Shown here: one piece after another, positions 36,048-46,158 of the stretch | Numbering within the stretch: the first letter of the stretch is position 1 | Layout: every line of letters starts with the position of its first letter | Assembly: GCA_040756875.1 (NCBI GenBank) | Contig: JBFLYH010000002.1 | Location: forward strand, 606,526-670,525 | Origin: a candidate division FCPU426 bacterium | GTDB lineage: Bacteria; Oederibacteriota; JAAXVQ01; JAUVAV01 | Direction of reading: 5' to 3' | DNA length: 64,000 nucleotides | Notes under the pieces: model-generated | What the model saw: only the letters and a program-made list of their open reading frames with translations | Databases searched by the model: none | What the model was told of the DNA's origin: nothing | Made by a program: the position numbers and the translations under genes

Positions 36048-36857
36048 TTATTTTATTGGTTTTTTCACTGCCCGGCAGATCCCTGAAGCCAGTTTGCTCA
36101 GTTGGTTCAGGGCCTGGGCATCGGAAATCCGGCCTTCCATGGCTTTCACCAATGCACTGCCTACTATAACTCCCTCGGCGATTCGGCTGACCTGGCTGGC
36201 TTGTTGGGGAGAAGAAATCCCGAAACCGACCAGGATCGGCAGGCGGGTGTGCCGCCTGACCCGTTTGAGGCCAGCTGCCAGGTCCGGAGGAACGGTCCGG
36301 CGCGCGCCCGTGGTGCCGGTGACGGACATATAATAAATGTAGCCGCTCGAAGACCGGGCCACTGCCTGCACCCTGGTTTCCGGGCTGTTGGGCGTGGTCA
36401 TGAAGACCGTATCCAGGCCGCGTAGCCGGCACTGGCTGATCCAGGGTCCCGCCTCCTCGGGCGGAAGGTCGGGAATAATGCAGCCGTCCACCCCGGAGCT
36501 GACCGCCTGCCTGGCCGAGGCCTCCAAGCCGAACTGGAGGAAAGGATTATAATAACCCATCAGCAGCAGGGGCACGTTGGTCTGCCGGCGCAGGGAACGC
36601 GCCAAATCGAAGATTTTGGGCAAGGTGGCGCCAGCTTCCAGGGCCCGCTGCGAAGAAGCCTGGATCACAGGCCCGTCGGCCAGGGGGTCTGAAAAAGGCA
36701 CGCCCAGTTCCACGGCATCCGCGCCCAGGCCGGCCAGGCGCAAGACCGCCTGGCGGGTGAAATCAAACCCCCGGTCGCCGGCCGTGATAAAGGGCACGAA
36801 TAGGCGGCGGCCTGCCCCCAGTTCAGCGGCCAGGCGCTGCTGCAGCCGCCGGCTCAT
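36048..36857 (-). CDS. trpA: Tryptophan synthase alpha chain
   Basis: [46 protein letters not shown]. Confidence 0.97.
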   Translation of the reverse strand: MSRRLQQRLAAELGAGRRLFVPFITAGDRGFDFTRQAVLRLAGLGADAVELGVPFSDPLADGPVIQASSQRALEAGATLPKIFDLARSLRRQTNVPLLLMGYYNPFLQFGLEASARQAVSSGVDGCIIPDLPPEEAGPWISQCRLRGLDTVFMTTPNSPETRVQAVARSSSGYIYYMSVTGTTGARRTVPPDLAAGLKRVRRHTRLPILVGFGISSPQQASQVSRIAEGVIVGSALVKAMEGRISDAQALNQLSKLASGICRAVKKPIK

Positions 36858-38026
36858 GACGCGTCTCCGGGCTTCAGGTCCTTGTCGCCCCGGCCGGAAA
36901 CGTTGACCAGGAGGATTTTCCCCCTGCCCAACCTGCGGGCCAGTACGCGGGCATACGCCACGGCATGGGCGCTTTCCAGCGCCGGAATGATCCCCTCCAG
37001 GCGCGAGAGTTCGCGCTGAGCGGCCAGGGCCTGGCTGTCCGTAACGCTGGCGAACCGGGCGCGGCCGCTGTCCTTCAACCAGGCCAGTTCCGGCCCCACG
37101 CCCGGATAATCCAGGCCTGCGGCCGCGGAATGCGTGGCCTTGATCTGGCCGAACGCGTCCTGCAGGACGTAGCTCCGGCTGCCGTGCAGCACGCCCGGCC
37201 GGCCGCGCAGCAGCGAGGCGGCGTGCCGGCCCGTGCCCAGCCCTTCGCCGGCTGCCTCCACGCCCACCAGTTGCACGCGCGCGTCGCGCCGGAATCCCGA
37301 AAAAATGCCCATGGCGTTGCTGCCGCCGCCCACGCAGGCCACGACCGCGTCCGGGAGACGGCGGGCCGCGGCCAGAATCTGGCGGCGGGCCTCGCGGCCG
37401 ATCACGGACTGGAAATCGCGCACCAGGGTGGGATACGGGTCGAACCCGGCCACGGTGCCGATCAGATAATAGGTGGTGCGTACGTTCGTGATCCAGTCGC
37501 GGATGGCCTCGTTCATGGCGTCTTTCAGCGTGCGCGTGCCCGACTCCACGCCCACCACCTCGGCGCCCAGGAGCCGCATGCGGTAGACGTTGAGCGCCTG
37601 CCGCCGCATGTCCTCGGTGCCCATGTACACGCGGCAGGTCATCCCGTAGCGGGCGCACACCGTGGCCGTGGCCACGCCGTGCTGGCCGGCGCCGGTTTCG
37701 GCGATGATGCGGCGCTTGCCCATGCGGCGGGCGAGCAGGATCTGCCCCAGGCAGTTGTTGAGTTTGTGGGAGCCCGTATGCAGCAGATCCTCCCGCTTGA
37801 GGAAGACCCTGGCTCCGCCCCAGGCCTCGGTCAGCCGGCCCGCGAAATCCAGGGGCGTGGGGCGGCCGCCGTAATTTTTCAGGGCCGCCTCCCACTCCCG
37901 CCGGAAAGCCGGGTCTCTCCGCGCCTGGGCATAGGCCCGGCGCAGCTCGGCCACCGCGGGGACCAGCACCTCGGGCGCGAAGCAGCCCCCGTAGGGGCCG
38001 AACCAGCCCATGCGTTTCATAGACAT
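36854..38026 (-). CDS. trpB: Tryptophan synthase beta chain
   Basis: [49 protein letters not shown]. Confidence 0.98.
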   Translation of the reverse strand: MSMKRMGWFGPYGGCFAPEVLVPAVAELRRAYAQARRDPAFRREWEAALKNYGGRPTPLDFAGRLTEAWGGARVFLKREDLLHTGSHKLNNCLGQILLARRMGKRRIIAETGAGQHGVATATVCARYGMTCRVYMGTEDMRRQALNVYRMRLLGAEVVGVESGTRTLKDAMNEAIRDWITNVRTTYYLIGTVAGFDPYPTLVRDFQSVIGREARRQILAAARRLPDAVVACVGGGSNAMGIFSGFRRDARVQLVGVEAAGEGLGTGRHAASLLRGRPGVLHGSRSYVLQDAFGQIKATHSAAAGLDYPGVGPELAWLKDSGRARFASVTDSQALAAQRELSRLEGIIPALESAHAVAYARVLARRLGRGKILLVNVSGRGDKDLKPGDAS

Positions 38027-38664
38027 GCCAGCCTCCTCGAAGAACCGTCCGCGCGGCGCACGGCCCGGATGAACGCCCGTATCCGCGCAGGATCCTTGAC
38101 GCCTGGCCTCAGTTCCACGCCCGAGGACACGTCCACCATGTCCGGCCGCACCCTGCGGATGGCTTCGCTTACGTTTTCGGGCGTCAGGCCCCCGGCCAGG
38201 ATCACCGGCTTGCCAAAACGGCGCAGGTGCCGGGCAAAGGGCCAGTTGGATTTTTTTCCGGTCCCGCCAACCTGCCCCGGAACCAAGGCGTCCACCAGAT
38301 ACGCGCCGGCTGCTGGCGCGGGATCGCGGACCGGGAGCGGCGCGTCCGCCGCGGGCCGCAGCGCCCGGATCACCCGGGGGCGCGGAAAGCGCCTCATCCA
38401 GGCGTTGGTCTCCTGGCCGTGAAACTGGAGCCGGTCTAGCCCCAGCTCCTCCAGGCTGTACTGCAGCAGGGGCAGCGGCTGGTCGACCACCACGCCCACC
38501 GTGGTCACGAAGGGCGGCACCCCGGCCAGCAGGCGCCTGGCCTGCGCGACCGAAATGCACCGGGGCGAAGGCGCCAGCACGAAGCCGAGCGCGTCCGCGC
38601 CGGCCGTGACCGCGGCCCGGACATCCTCCGGCCGGGTCAGGCCGCAAATCTTGACGCGGATCAC
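38017..38664 (-). CDS. trpF: Phosphoribosylanthranilate isomerase
   Basis: [38 protein letters not shown]. Confidence 0.96.
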   Translation of the reverse strand: MIRVKICGLTRPEDVRAAVTAGADALGFVLAPSPRCISVAQARRLLAGVPPFVTTVGVVVDQPLPLLQYSLEELGLDRLQFHGQETNAWMRRFPRPRVIRALRPAADAPLPVRDPAPAAGAYLVDALVPGQVGGTGKKSNWPFARHLRRFGKPVILAGGLTPENVSEAIRRVRPDMVDVSSGVELRPGVKDPARIRAFIRAVRRADGSSRRLACL

Positions 38665-39458
38665 AGCCGCTCCGCGACCTGCACCATGCGCCGCAACAGC
38701 GTCTCGGGCTGCGAATCGGCCAGCAGGGCCCTGCCCACCAGCACGCTGCGCACGCGGTCGGATTCAATGGTCGTGATTTCCTCGGGCGTGGCATAGCCGC
38801 TGGCCGCGATCACCAGGTTGTCCCGCGGAATGCTCTTGGCCAGCCGGCCGACGGTTTGGCGGTTGATTTTCAGCGTGTTCAGGTCCCGGTTGTTGATCAG
38901 GATCACGTCGGCGCCCGCCCGTAGGGAGCGTTTGACGTCCGGCGCCTTGTGGATCTCGACCACGGGCGTCATGCCCAGCCCGATCGTCAGCTCCACCAGG
39001 CGGGTGAGCAGTTTGTCCGGCAGGGCCTCGGCTATGAGCAGCACGGCGTCGGCCTGCGCGGCGCGCGATTCGTAGATCTGATAGGGATCGACGACGAAAT
39101 CCTTGCGCAGCACGGGCAGCCCGCACAGGCGCTTGAGCTCCGCAATCTGGCCCAGTTTGCCGTCGAAATGCTTTGCGTCGGTCACGTACGACAGCGCCAC
39201 CGCGCCGCCGGCCACGTAGGCGGCAACCATTTTTTCCAGGCCGTAGCGCGGCCGGAACGACGGCGAGCCGGGCATCCTGCGCTTGATCTCGGCGACCACG
39301 TTGATGCGCGGGGCGTTCGCCAGCGCTTCGCGGAAATTCCGGACCGGCGGCAGGGTCAACACGGTTTGCAGCAGCTTGTCGAGCGGCGTCCGCTTCTGCG
39401 CCTGGGCCACTTCCTTGTGTTTCTCTTTCATTACCGCTTTTAAGAAAGACTTGGCCAT
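38661..39458 (-). CDS. trpC: Indole-3-glycerol phosphate synthase
   Basis: AEIKR, LRKDF, ADAVLLI, VEIH, INNRDL; start 39458 or 39479. Confidence 0.92.
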   Translation of the reverse strand: MAKSFLKAVMKEKHKEVAQAQKRTPLDKLLQTVLTLPPVRNFREALANAPRINVVAEIKRRMPGSPSFRPRYGLEKMVAAYVAGGAVALSYVTDAKHFDGKLGQIAELKRLCGLPVLRKDFVVDPYQIYESRAAQADAVLLIAEALPDKLLTRLVELTIGLGMTPVVEIHKAPDVKRSLRAGADVILINNRDLNTLKINRQTVGRLAKSIPRDNLVIAASGYATPEEITTIESDRVRSVLVGRALLADSQPETLLRRMVQVAERL

Positions 39459-39599
39459 GCTCCCATCCCCCTTGAGCATAGAAATGAAGGGTCCCGTCCT
39501 GGTGCTCCGGGTTCCCTCTCGTGTGTTCCGCCTTCCGCCCCGCGAAAGCGAGGCGGAGGGAGTATTGCTTCGATGTCCGACTATCGGCCGCGCCCGCTT

Positions 39600-41006
39600 T
39601 CAGCGCCCGGCCGGTTCCTCCGGTTCTCCCAGCCGCTGCGGCGTCCGGCCGCGGTAACGCGCGCCCGCCTGCTCCGCGAACCGCCTCACCTGTCCCGCAT
39701 CCACGGCGGGAAGCTCCACGGCTGTCGCCGTGACTTCGAACCCCGCGGCCGCGGCGCGGCGGATGAACGACTGCACGGCCGGCAGTGTCTCCGGGCCTGT
39801 GGCGGGGCGGACCAGTTCAAGGTACTGCGCCGGGTCCGTGCTGTTGAGCGATACGGACCAGGCGTCCACCACGCCGCGGCACTCGGGCAGAATGTCCCGG
39901 CCAAAAAGGCAGTCCGCGTGCCCGTTCGTGTCCACGCGCACCCGCGCGCCCTGGGCTTTGACCCCGCGCGCCACCGCGAGCAAAGTGGGCAGCCGCAGCA
40001 GCGGCTCCCCGAACCCGCAGAAAACGACTTCCGAATAGCGGCGCGCGTCGCCGATGGCCGCGAGCAGCTCCGCGGCTTTCGGTTCCCGGCGCAGAGTCAA
40101 TTCGTACTGCTGCAGTCGGCGCGAAACGCGGCGCGGGCAAAAGGCGCAGTTGGCGCTGCAGCGGTTGGTCAGGTTGACGTATAAATGCCCCTTGAGCTCG
40201 TAAAGCCACTGCCCCGGGTCTTCGGGGCTCAGCTTGAACAGCCGCTCCGCGCTGGCGGATGTGCGTTCCGCCACTTCCTCCGCCGCCAAGCCGCGGACAC
40301 GGGCCACAGCCGCGGCGACTTCCGCCACGGCCGCGGGTTCATTGCGCTGGCCCCGCCGGCTCTGCGGCGGCAGGTAAGGCGCGTCCGTTTCCAGCAGCAG
40401 CCGGTCCAGCGGCGCCTGCTGGACCGCGGCCCGCAGGCCCCCGGCCCGCGGATACGTCACCGGCCCGCCGATGCCCAGCGAAAACCCCAGGTCCAAGCTC
40501 TCGGCCAAGTGCGTCTCTTCGCCGGAATAACAGTGCAGCACGCCGCCCCAGGGCCAGGGCCCTGCGGCCCGCAGTTCAGCCAGGGCCTCGGCCTGGGCCT
40601 CGCGGACATGTACCACGGGCGGCAATTCGAAAACTTTGGCCCACCAGAGCTGGCGCCTGAACGCCCGCAACTGGGCCTCGCGGTCCGGCGCCGGATATTC
40701 GGGAAACTGGTGGAAATCCAGCCCGATCTCGCCCAGGGCGACCACGGATTCCTGGCACAACTGGGCGGGCAGCGCTTCCACGGCCTCGAGCCCCTGGCGC
40801 GGGAATTCGTGCGGGTGCAGCCCGATGCCCAGGGCCATGCCCTCCACGCGGGGGGCCAGGGCCAGGGCCGCGGCATTGGCCGCCACCGTGGACCCGGCGT
40901 TGAGAAACGCCTCCACGCCGGCTTGGCGGGCGCGCGCAATCACCTGCTCGCGGTCCGCGTCAAACGCCGGGTCCTCCAAATGCACGTGCGTGTCGATCAA
41001 ACGCAT
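39600..41006 (-). CDS. TatD-family nuclease fused to a TatD-associated radical SAM domain
   Basis: IDTHVHL, GLHPH, GEIGLD, HCYSG, LETDAPY (TatD), then LYVNLTNRCSANCAFCPR, VVFCGFGEP, TNG, SVSLN (CxxxCxxC radical SAM). Confidence 0.92.
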   Translation of the reverse strand: MRLIDTHVHLEDPAFDADREQVIARARQAGVEAFLNAGSTVAANAAALALAPRVEGMALGIGLHPHEFPRQGLEAVEALPAQLCQESVVALGEIGLDFHQFPEYPAPDREAQLRAFRRQLWWAKVFELPPVVHVREAQAEALAELRAAGPWPWGGVLHCYSGEETHLAESLDLGFSLGIGGPVTYPRAGGLRAAVQQAPLDRLLLETDAPYLPPQSRRGQRNEPAAVAEVAAAVARVRGLAAEEVAERTSASAERLFKLSPEDPGQWLYELKGHLYVNLTNRCSANCAFCPRRVSRRLQQYELTLRREPKAAELLAAIGDARRYSEVVFCGFGEPLLRLPTLLAVARGVKAQGARVRVDTNGHADCLFGRDILPECRGVVDAWSVSLNSTDPAQYLELVRPATGPETLPAVQSFIRRAAAAGFEVTATAVELPAVDAGQVRRFAEQAGARYRGRTPQRLGEPEEPAGR

Positions 41007-41009
41007 GAT

Positions 41010-42545
41010 TCAGCCTTGCTTGGCTTCCCGCTCGATGCGCGGAAACAAAGGGCCGGTTTTGGCAATGGTCTGGCCTGCGGGCAGCAGGCCCCAGGCGGCG
41101 GCAGCCGGAAAGAGCTGCGGCCGGCCGGGATCCGTATCGCCCAGTTGCGCCAGCATGCGCGGCGTGGTGTCGGGCATGAAAGCCTGCAGGTAGCAGGCCG
41201 CCAGCCGCAGCGTTTCCAGCAGCTGGTACATGACCGCGTCCACCTGCGACTGGGCACCTTGCTTGAAAAGCGCCCAGGGCGCGGCCTCGTCGATGAACTT
41301 GTTGGCCCGCTTGACCAGGTCCCACACCAGGCCCAGGGCCGCGGAGAAATCGAGTGCATCCATTGCACGGTCGAAGGCCGCAAACAGGCCGCCGGCTTTT
41401 TCCGCCAGCACGCCGCCGGCCGGAGCGGGCACGCGGCCGCCGCAATACTTCTCCACCATGGTCAGCGAGCGGTTCAGGAGGTTTCCCAGGTCGTTGGCCA
41501 GGTCGCTGTTATAGCGCTCGATCATCGACTCCTCGCTGAAATCGCCGTCCCCGGCGAAGGCGTTGGCCGCCAGGAGGACGTAGCGCACCGGGTCCACGCC
41601 GAAGGCGCGGGTCAGGTCCAGGGGATCGAGCACGTTGCCCCGGGTTTTGGACAGCTTCTCACCCTTGAGGTAAATGAACCCGTGCCCGAACACCCGCTTG
41701 GGCAGGGGCAGGGACGCGGAAAGCAGCATGGCCGGCCAGATAATGCAGTGGAAGCGCGTAATGTCCTTGCCGATCACGTGCACGTCCACGGGCCAGAAGC
41801 GGGAGAACCGCTCCATGTCTTGGGGAAACCCGATGGCCGACAGGTAATTGATCAGGGCGTCGAACCACACGTAGATGACGTGGCTGGGGTCGTCCGGAAA
41901 CGGGATGCCCCATTGGGACGTGGAACGGGAAATGGAGATGTCCTTCAACCCGGCGCGGATCACGTTTAAAACTTCGTTGCGCCGCGATTCCGGCTGGACG
42001 AATTCCGGGTGCGCCTCGATGTGGCGCAACAGCGGCTCCGCATAGCGAGACAGCCGGAAGAAGTAATTCTCCTCGGCCAGCCACACGGGCGCGGTCCCGT
42101 GGTCCGGGCATTTGCCGTCCTTCAGGTCCGCCTCGGTGTAGAAGTTGTTGCAGGAATTGCAGTACCAGCCCTCATAGCGGCCGCGATAGATGTCCCCGGC
42201 GCGCTGCGACCGCCGCACCATCTCCTGGGCCGCGGCGTGATGGATGGGCTCGGACGTGCGGATGAACCGGTCGAAGGAAACGTTGAGCGCCTTCCAAGTG
42301 TCCTGGAAAATCCCGGCCATCTGGTCGCAGAACGCGAGGGGCGTCAGATTCAACTCCCTGGCCCGGGCCTCGACGTTGGCGGAATGCTCGTCCGAGCCGG
42401 TGGCAAAGACCACCTCGTGGCCCGTGGCGCGCTTCCAGCGGGCCAGGGCGTCCGTGGCGATTTCCTCATAGGCATGACCCAGGTGCGGACGCGAATTGGC
42501 GTAGGTGATGGCCGTGGTAACATAATACCGGGGGGTGGTGGACAC
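41010..42545 (-). CDS. metG: Methionine--tRNA ligase (short form, no C-terminal tRNA-binding domain)
   Basis: PHLGHAY (HIGH), YVWFDALINY, GKDITRFH, KLSKT (KMSKS), ends at LFPRI. Confidence 0.97.
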   Translation of the reverse strand: MSTTPRYYVTTAITYANSRPHLGHAYEEIATDALARWKRATGHEVVFATGSDEHSANVEARARELNLTPLAFCDQMAGIFQDTWKALNVSFDRFIRTSEPIHHAAAQEMVRRSQRAGDIYRGRYEGWYCNSCNNFYTEADLKDGKCPDHGTAPVWLAEENYFFRLSRYAEPLLRHIEAHPEFVQPESRRNEVLNVIRAGLKDISISRSTSQWGIPFPDDPSHVIYVWFDALINYLSAIGFPQDMERFSRFWPVDVHVIGKDITRFHCIIWPAMLLSASLPLPKRVFGHGFIYLKGEKLSKTRGNVLDPLDLTRAFGVDPVRYVLLAANAFAGDGDFSEESMIERYNSDLANDLGNLLNRSLTMVEKYCGGRVPAPAGGVLAEKAGGLFAAFDRAMDALDFSAALGLVWDLVKRANKFIDEAAPWALFKQGAQSQVDAVMYQLLETLRLAACYLQAFMPDTTPRMLAQLGDTDPGRPQLFPAAAAWGLLPAGQTIAKTGPLFPRIEREAKQG

Positions 42546-42557
42546 GGAACGTGCTCC

Positions 42558-43370
42558 TTAAGCCTGAGGCGTATTCGGTTTTGGGCCGTGGCCGTGCCGG
42601 CGCCGGCGCGACCGCCTGAATCCGCCGGCCGGTTTCTCCGCGCCGGCCGCAGCCGGTGCTCCTGACGGCGCTCCGGCCGGGGCGCCGCCGGGCTGGGTGT
42701 CCTCGGCGGGTTTGCGCTTGGTCTTGGCCAGCGAGCCTTCGTATTCGTACGCCAGGCAGCACATCAGGCGTCCGCACAGCCCGGACACTTTGGTCGGGTT
42801 CAGGGAGAGATTCTGCTCCTTGGCCATACGGATGGAGACCGAGGAAAAATCACGCAAGAAAGAGCTGCAGCACAGGGGCCGCCCGCAGCCGCCCACGCCG
42901 CCCAGGCGCCGGGCCTCGTCCCGCACCCCGATCTGGCGCATTTCGATCTTAATGCGCAGCGCCTGCGCCAGCTCCTTGACCAGTTCCCGGAAATCCACGC
43001 GGTTCTCGGCGGTGAAGAAAAACACCGCTTTGCGCCCGTCCAGGGTGTAGGTGACGTCCACCAGCTTCATTTTCAAATCCCTGTCCTGGATTTTCTGCCG
43101 GCAGAGCCGGTACCCTTCCTGTTCCTTCTGGTCATTGCGGCGCTGCTGTTCCTGATCACGCAGTGTCGCCACCCGCACGATGGCGCGCAGGTTCGCGCCG
43201 GCCTGCTTTTCGGACAGGCGGCAGCACCCGCGCACGACCCGGGCCAGCTGCAAGCCGTGGTCGCTCTCCACCACGACTAGCGTGTGCAGGGCCAGCCCGC
43301 CTTCCTGGGGCGCGCGGTAGTAATACACGCACCCGCCTTTGAGAAATTGCACGCCTACGACTTCCTGCAT
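42558..43370 (-). CDS. ricT: PSP1 / RicT (YaaT) family protein
   Basis: RVDFRELVK, EMRQIGVRDEA, CGRPLCC, MAKEQNLSLNPTKVSGLCGRLMCCL.YE. Confidence 0.92.
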   Translation of the reverse strand: MQEVVGVQFLKGGCVYYYRAPQEGGLALHTLVVVESDHGLQLARVVRGCCRLSEKQAGANLRAIVRVATLRDQEQQRRNDQKEQEGYRLCRQKIQDRDLKMKLVDVTYTLDGRKAVFFFTAENRVDFRELVKELAQALRIKIEMRQIGVRDEARRLGGVGGCGRPLCCSSFLRDFSSVSIRMAKEQNLSLNPTKVSGLCGRLMCCLAYEYEGSLAKTKRKPAEDTQPGGAPAGAPSGAPAAAGAEKPAGGFRRSRRRRHGHGPKPNTPQA

Positions 43371-43375
43371 TTCAT

Positions 43376-44368
43376 TCACCTCGCGCCGGCGCCTGTGCGC
43401 GGCAGCAGTTTCATCCACATGCGCTCCAACAGCAATTGCAGGTTCAGGTTCTGGGACTTCCAGTCCAGGGCCTGGAGCACCAGCCGGCACTGGTCCCACA
43501 ACGTCTCGGGCGTCTTGCCGGACAGGGCGGCCCGCAGCTGGGCCAGCCGGTCCTGGTTCACGGCCAGCCGCGGCGAAACGCCGCTCGCCAGCACCAGCAG
43601 GTCGCGAAACCACGTCAACAGGAACACCAATGGCTCGACCGCCGCGCCCTGCCACTCGCTCATGGCCGCGGCCAGTTCCGGCCAGGCCTCCGGTTGGGCG
43701 GCAGCCGCCACCTCCAGCACCTGGCTGCGCAGGGCCTGCACCTCGGGATCGGAGAGGCGCAGCGCTTCGGCCGGCCGGCCGTCGGACAAGCGCGCCAGGG
43801 AGGCGGCGGTTTCTGAAGGCAGCCCGTGCTGCTCGGACAGCCATTGCGCCAGTAAGCCGGTATCCAGCGGACGGAACCGGACCTCCTGGCAGCGGGAACG
43901 GATGGTGGGCAGCAGCGCAAACGGCTGGCTGGTGATCAAAACGATCACGACCGCGTCCGGCGGTTCTTCCAGCGCTTTCAGCAGGCTGTTGGCCGCTTCG
44001 GTCGTCAGCGCATCCGCTTCATCCAGAATGAATGCCTTGCAGCGGCCTTCCAGCGGCTTCCAGCGCAGATTGCGTTGCAGGGTTTCGCGCACCTGGTCGA
44101 TCTTCAAAGCCTGCCCCTCGGGTTCCAACAATACCACATCCGGGTGGCCGGCGGCCGCGATCTTCCGGCAGGCCGCGCATTCGCCGCAGGCGTCTCCGGC
44201 CTGGGGCTGCAGGCAATTCAGCGCCTGGGCCAGGGCCAGCGCCGTGGTACGCTTGCCCACGCCCTCGGGCCCTGAAAACAAATACGCGTGCGCTGCCCGG
44301 CCCTGGGACACTGCCCGCCGGAGAAAATCGACGGCCTGCGGCTGTCCCCATACGGCGTTAAACGGCAC
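43376..44368 (-). CDS. holB: DNA polymerase III delta' subunit
   Basis: HAYLFSGPEGVGK, CGECAAC, HPD, AANSLLKALEEP, LLPTIRSRC; conserved tmk-holB-ricT-metG-tatD order. Confidence 0.95.
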   Translation of the reverse strand: MPFNAVWGQPQAVDFLRRAVSQGRAAHAYLFSGPEGVGKRTTALALAQALNCLQPQAGDACGECAACRKIAAAGHPDVVLLEPEGQALKIDQVRETLQRNLRWKPLEGRCKAFILDEADALTTEAANSLLKALEEPPDAVVIVLITSQPFALLPTIRSRCQEVRFRPLDTGLLAQWLSEQHGLPSETAASLARLSDGRPAEALRLSDPEVQALRSQVLEVAAAAQPEAWPELAAAMSEWQGAAVEPLVFLLTWFRDLLVLASGVSPRLAVNQDRLAQLRAALSGKTPETLWDQCRLVLQALDWKSQNLNLQLLLERMWMKLLPRTGAGAR

Positions 44369-45020
44369 GGCAACGCTCCTTCATTACGGCCATTTTTTTC
44401 TGCACCACCTGCCAGGTCTGCCGGGTCACCGCGGCGAGGGGCCGGTCCGAGCGGATCAGGGCGATGCGCCTGGGTTCCCGCCGGGCGAGCCCGCGGTACG
44501 CCTGGCGCACGGCCTGCCAGAAGGCCGAGGGCTCCGATTCCATCCGGTCATGGGCCTGCTTGGCTTGAAAGGCCCGTTCCCGGCCCTGGCGCAGGGGCAA
44601 ATCATACAACAGCGTCAGGTCCGGTTTCAAGCCGGCTGTAGCCAGTTTGTCCGCCGCGGCCACGGCAGCCGGGGGCAACGCCCGCCCGCCCGCCTGGTAG
44701 GCCAGGGTGGAATCGCTGAAACGGTCGCACAGCACGACCTGGCCTGCCGCCAGGGCGGGCCGGATCAACCGTTCCACGTGCTGGGCGCGGGCCGCCAAAA
44801 ACAGGAGCAACTCAGCCGTCGGCGTGGGCGACTGGTCGGCGCGCTCCAGGAGCAGGGTCCGGATCTTTTCGGCCAACAGGTCGCCGCCCGGTTCCCGCGT
44901 GGTGGTTACCTGGAACCCTTCCACCCGCAGCCGGGCCGCCAGCAGTTTGAATTGCGTACTTTTTCCGGAGCCGTCCAAGCCTTCAAAGGTAATGAAAAAC
45001 CCGCGTTTCCGCGCTGGCAT
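44358..45020 (-). CDS. tmk: Thymidylate kinase
   Basis: FITFEGLDGSGKST, REPGG, LFLAARAQH, DRFSDSTLAYQ, PDLT. Confidence 0.97.
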   Translation of the reverse strand: MPARKRGFFITFEGLDGSGKSTQFKLLAARLRVEGFQVTTTREPGGDLLAEKIRTLLLERADQSPTPTAELLLFLAARAQHVERLIRPALAAGQVVLCDRFSDSTLAYQAGGRALPPAAVAAADKLATAGLKPDLTLLYDLPLRQGRERAFQAKQAHDRMESEPSAFWQAVRQAYRGLARREPRRIALIRSDRPLAAVTRQTWQVVQKKMAVMKERCRAV

Positions 45021-45197
45021 GATGGCTGCTCCTTGGCGGGCCCGACCCGCGTTCCCGGTCTGTCTGCAAAACGGTTCAGCCCTCTCGGCAGGCAAGACGA
45101 AAGACAGTTCCCCGGGGAAATTGAACGGAAGGGATATAATAATGGTTTTCGGACCAGGACACAATCCCGTTTTCAGGCCGCCTGAGCCGGCACACGC

Positions 45198-46115
45198 TCA
45201 GGGAGCGGCCGCCCCGGCAGGCGTCAGCCAGTCGCCCTGAACCGATTCGAGCAACAACACCTTGGCCGGCTGCAGGGCCTCGTCTTCAGTCAGAATATTC
45301 CACTCCACCGGTTCCTTGACCAGCAACATCCGGGTTTGGGCCGGTTTGATCTCGGCGGTCAATTTCCTGGACACGGGCGTCAGGCGCTGCGTGTCCCGGG
45401 GCCAGACAAATTCCATCCCATCCCCCTGCCACAGTTTTCCGTCCTGGCCGCGGCTGAACAAATCCATGGCCTGCGCGCCCACGCCCTGGCGGGGATCCAC
45501 CTGGGCCACGAGGGCCGCGAAATTCCCGCGCCGCAGCTGAAAGAAATGGATGAAAGGCGAAAAGTTCACGTCCGCGCCGGACAGGGGATAGGCCGCATAG
45601 GCTCCGTGCTGGCGCGCCCAGAGAATGGGCCAGCTGGGTTCGAAGTACAGGCGCAAGGGGTAGGTGCCCCGTTTGCCGTTTTCCGTCACCTCGAATCGGT
45701 ATCCCAGCTCCACGAAAGGTTTGTACGTTACCGGCGGACGGCCCGCGGAATGGACCGCGGTCCATTGCAGGGCATCCACCCTGAACCAGATATCCTTGGG
45801 TCCGGGAAACGGTTTGAGCCCGGGCGGCAGTATTTTTTCCACCCGTGAGACCGGGATTAAATAGTAGAGGGACAGCCCCCGGCCTTCGCAGACCAGCGGC
45901 ACGCCCGGAACATTCCAGGGCGCTTCGGGGAGTTTGAGAGGATCGTCAGCGTAACGCGCCTTCACCTCGCCGGCCGGCCGGGTTTCCCGCTTTTTTATGA
46001 ACGGCGCCACATCCGCCTGGGGACCCTGGGCCGCCCAAGCCAGATTCAGGCCGAAAACCAGCAAACAAGCCAGCGGAACCGCCCGCCTGATTATGACCCC
46101 TGCTGATCCGATCAC
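45198..46115 (-). CDS. Secreted acetoacetate-decarboxylase-fold-like protein
   Basis: Signal peptide; ..VEKILPPGLKP..PFVELGY..G.Y..RLY..P...AR pattern of the ADC / DUF2071 fold. Confidence 0.5.
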   Translation of the reverse strand: MIGSAGVIIRRAVPLACLLVFGLNLAWAAQGPQADVAPFIKKRETRPAGEVKARYADDPLKLPEAPWNVPGVPLVCEGRGLSLYYLIPVSRVEKILPPGLKPFPGPKDIWFRVDALQWTAVHSAGRPPVTYKPFVELGYRFEVTENGKRGTYPLRLYFEPSWPILWARQHGAYAAYPLSGADVNFSPFIHFFQLRRGNFAALVAQVDPRQGVGAQAMDLFSRGQDGKLWQGDGMEFVWPRDTQRLTPVSRKLTAEIKPAQTRMLLVKEPVEWNILTEDEALQPAKVLLLESVQGDWLTPAGAAAP

Positions 46116-46158
46116 TCCGAATGCCTCGCTTCCTTATTCACAACCGGGCCAACGGCAG

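Noticed and set aside
39531-39560. GAAA-loop hairpin upstream of trpC as a trp attenuator or T-box
   Set aside because: No Trp-rich leader peptide, T-box motif or minus-strand U-tract; more likely a small REP-like hairpin.
45030-45130. Possible TPP-like riboswitch upstream of tmk (GCCGAGA..TGAACC)
   Set aside because: Lacks the conserved CUGAGA core and the 3' half; only a weak stem; gene context does not fit.
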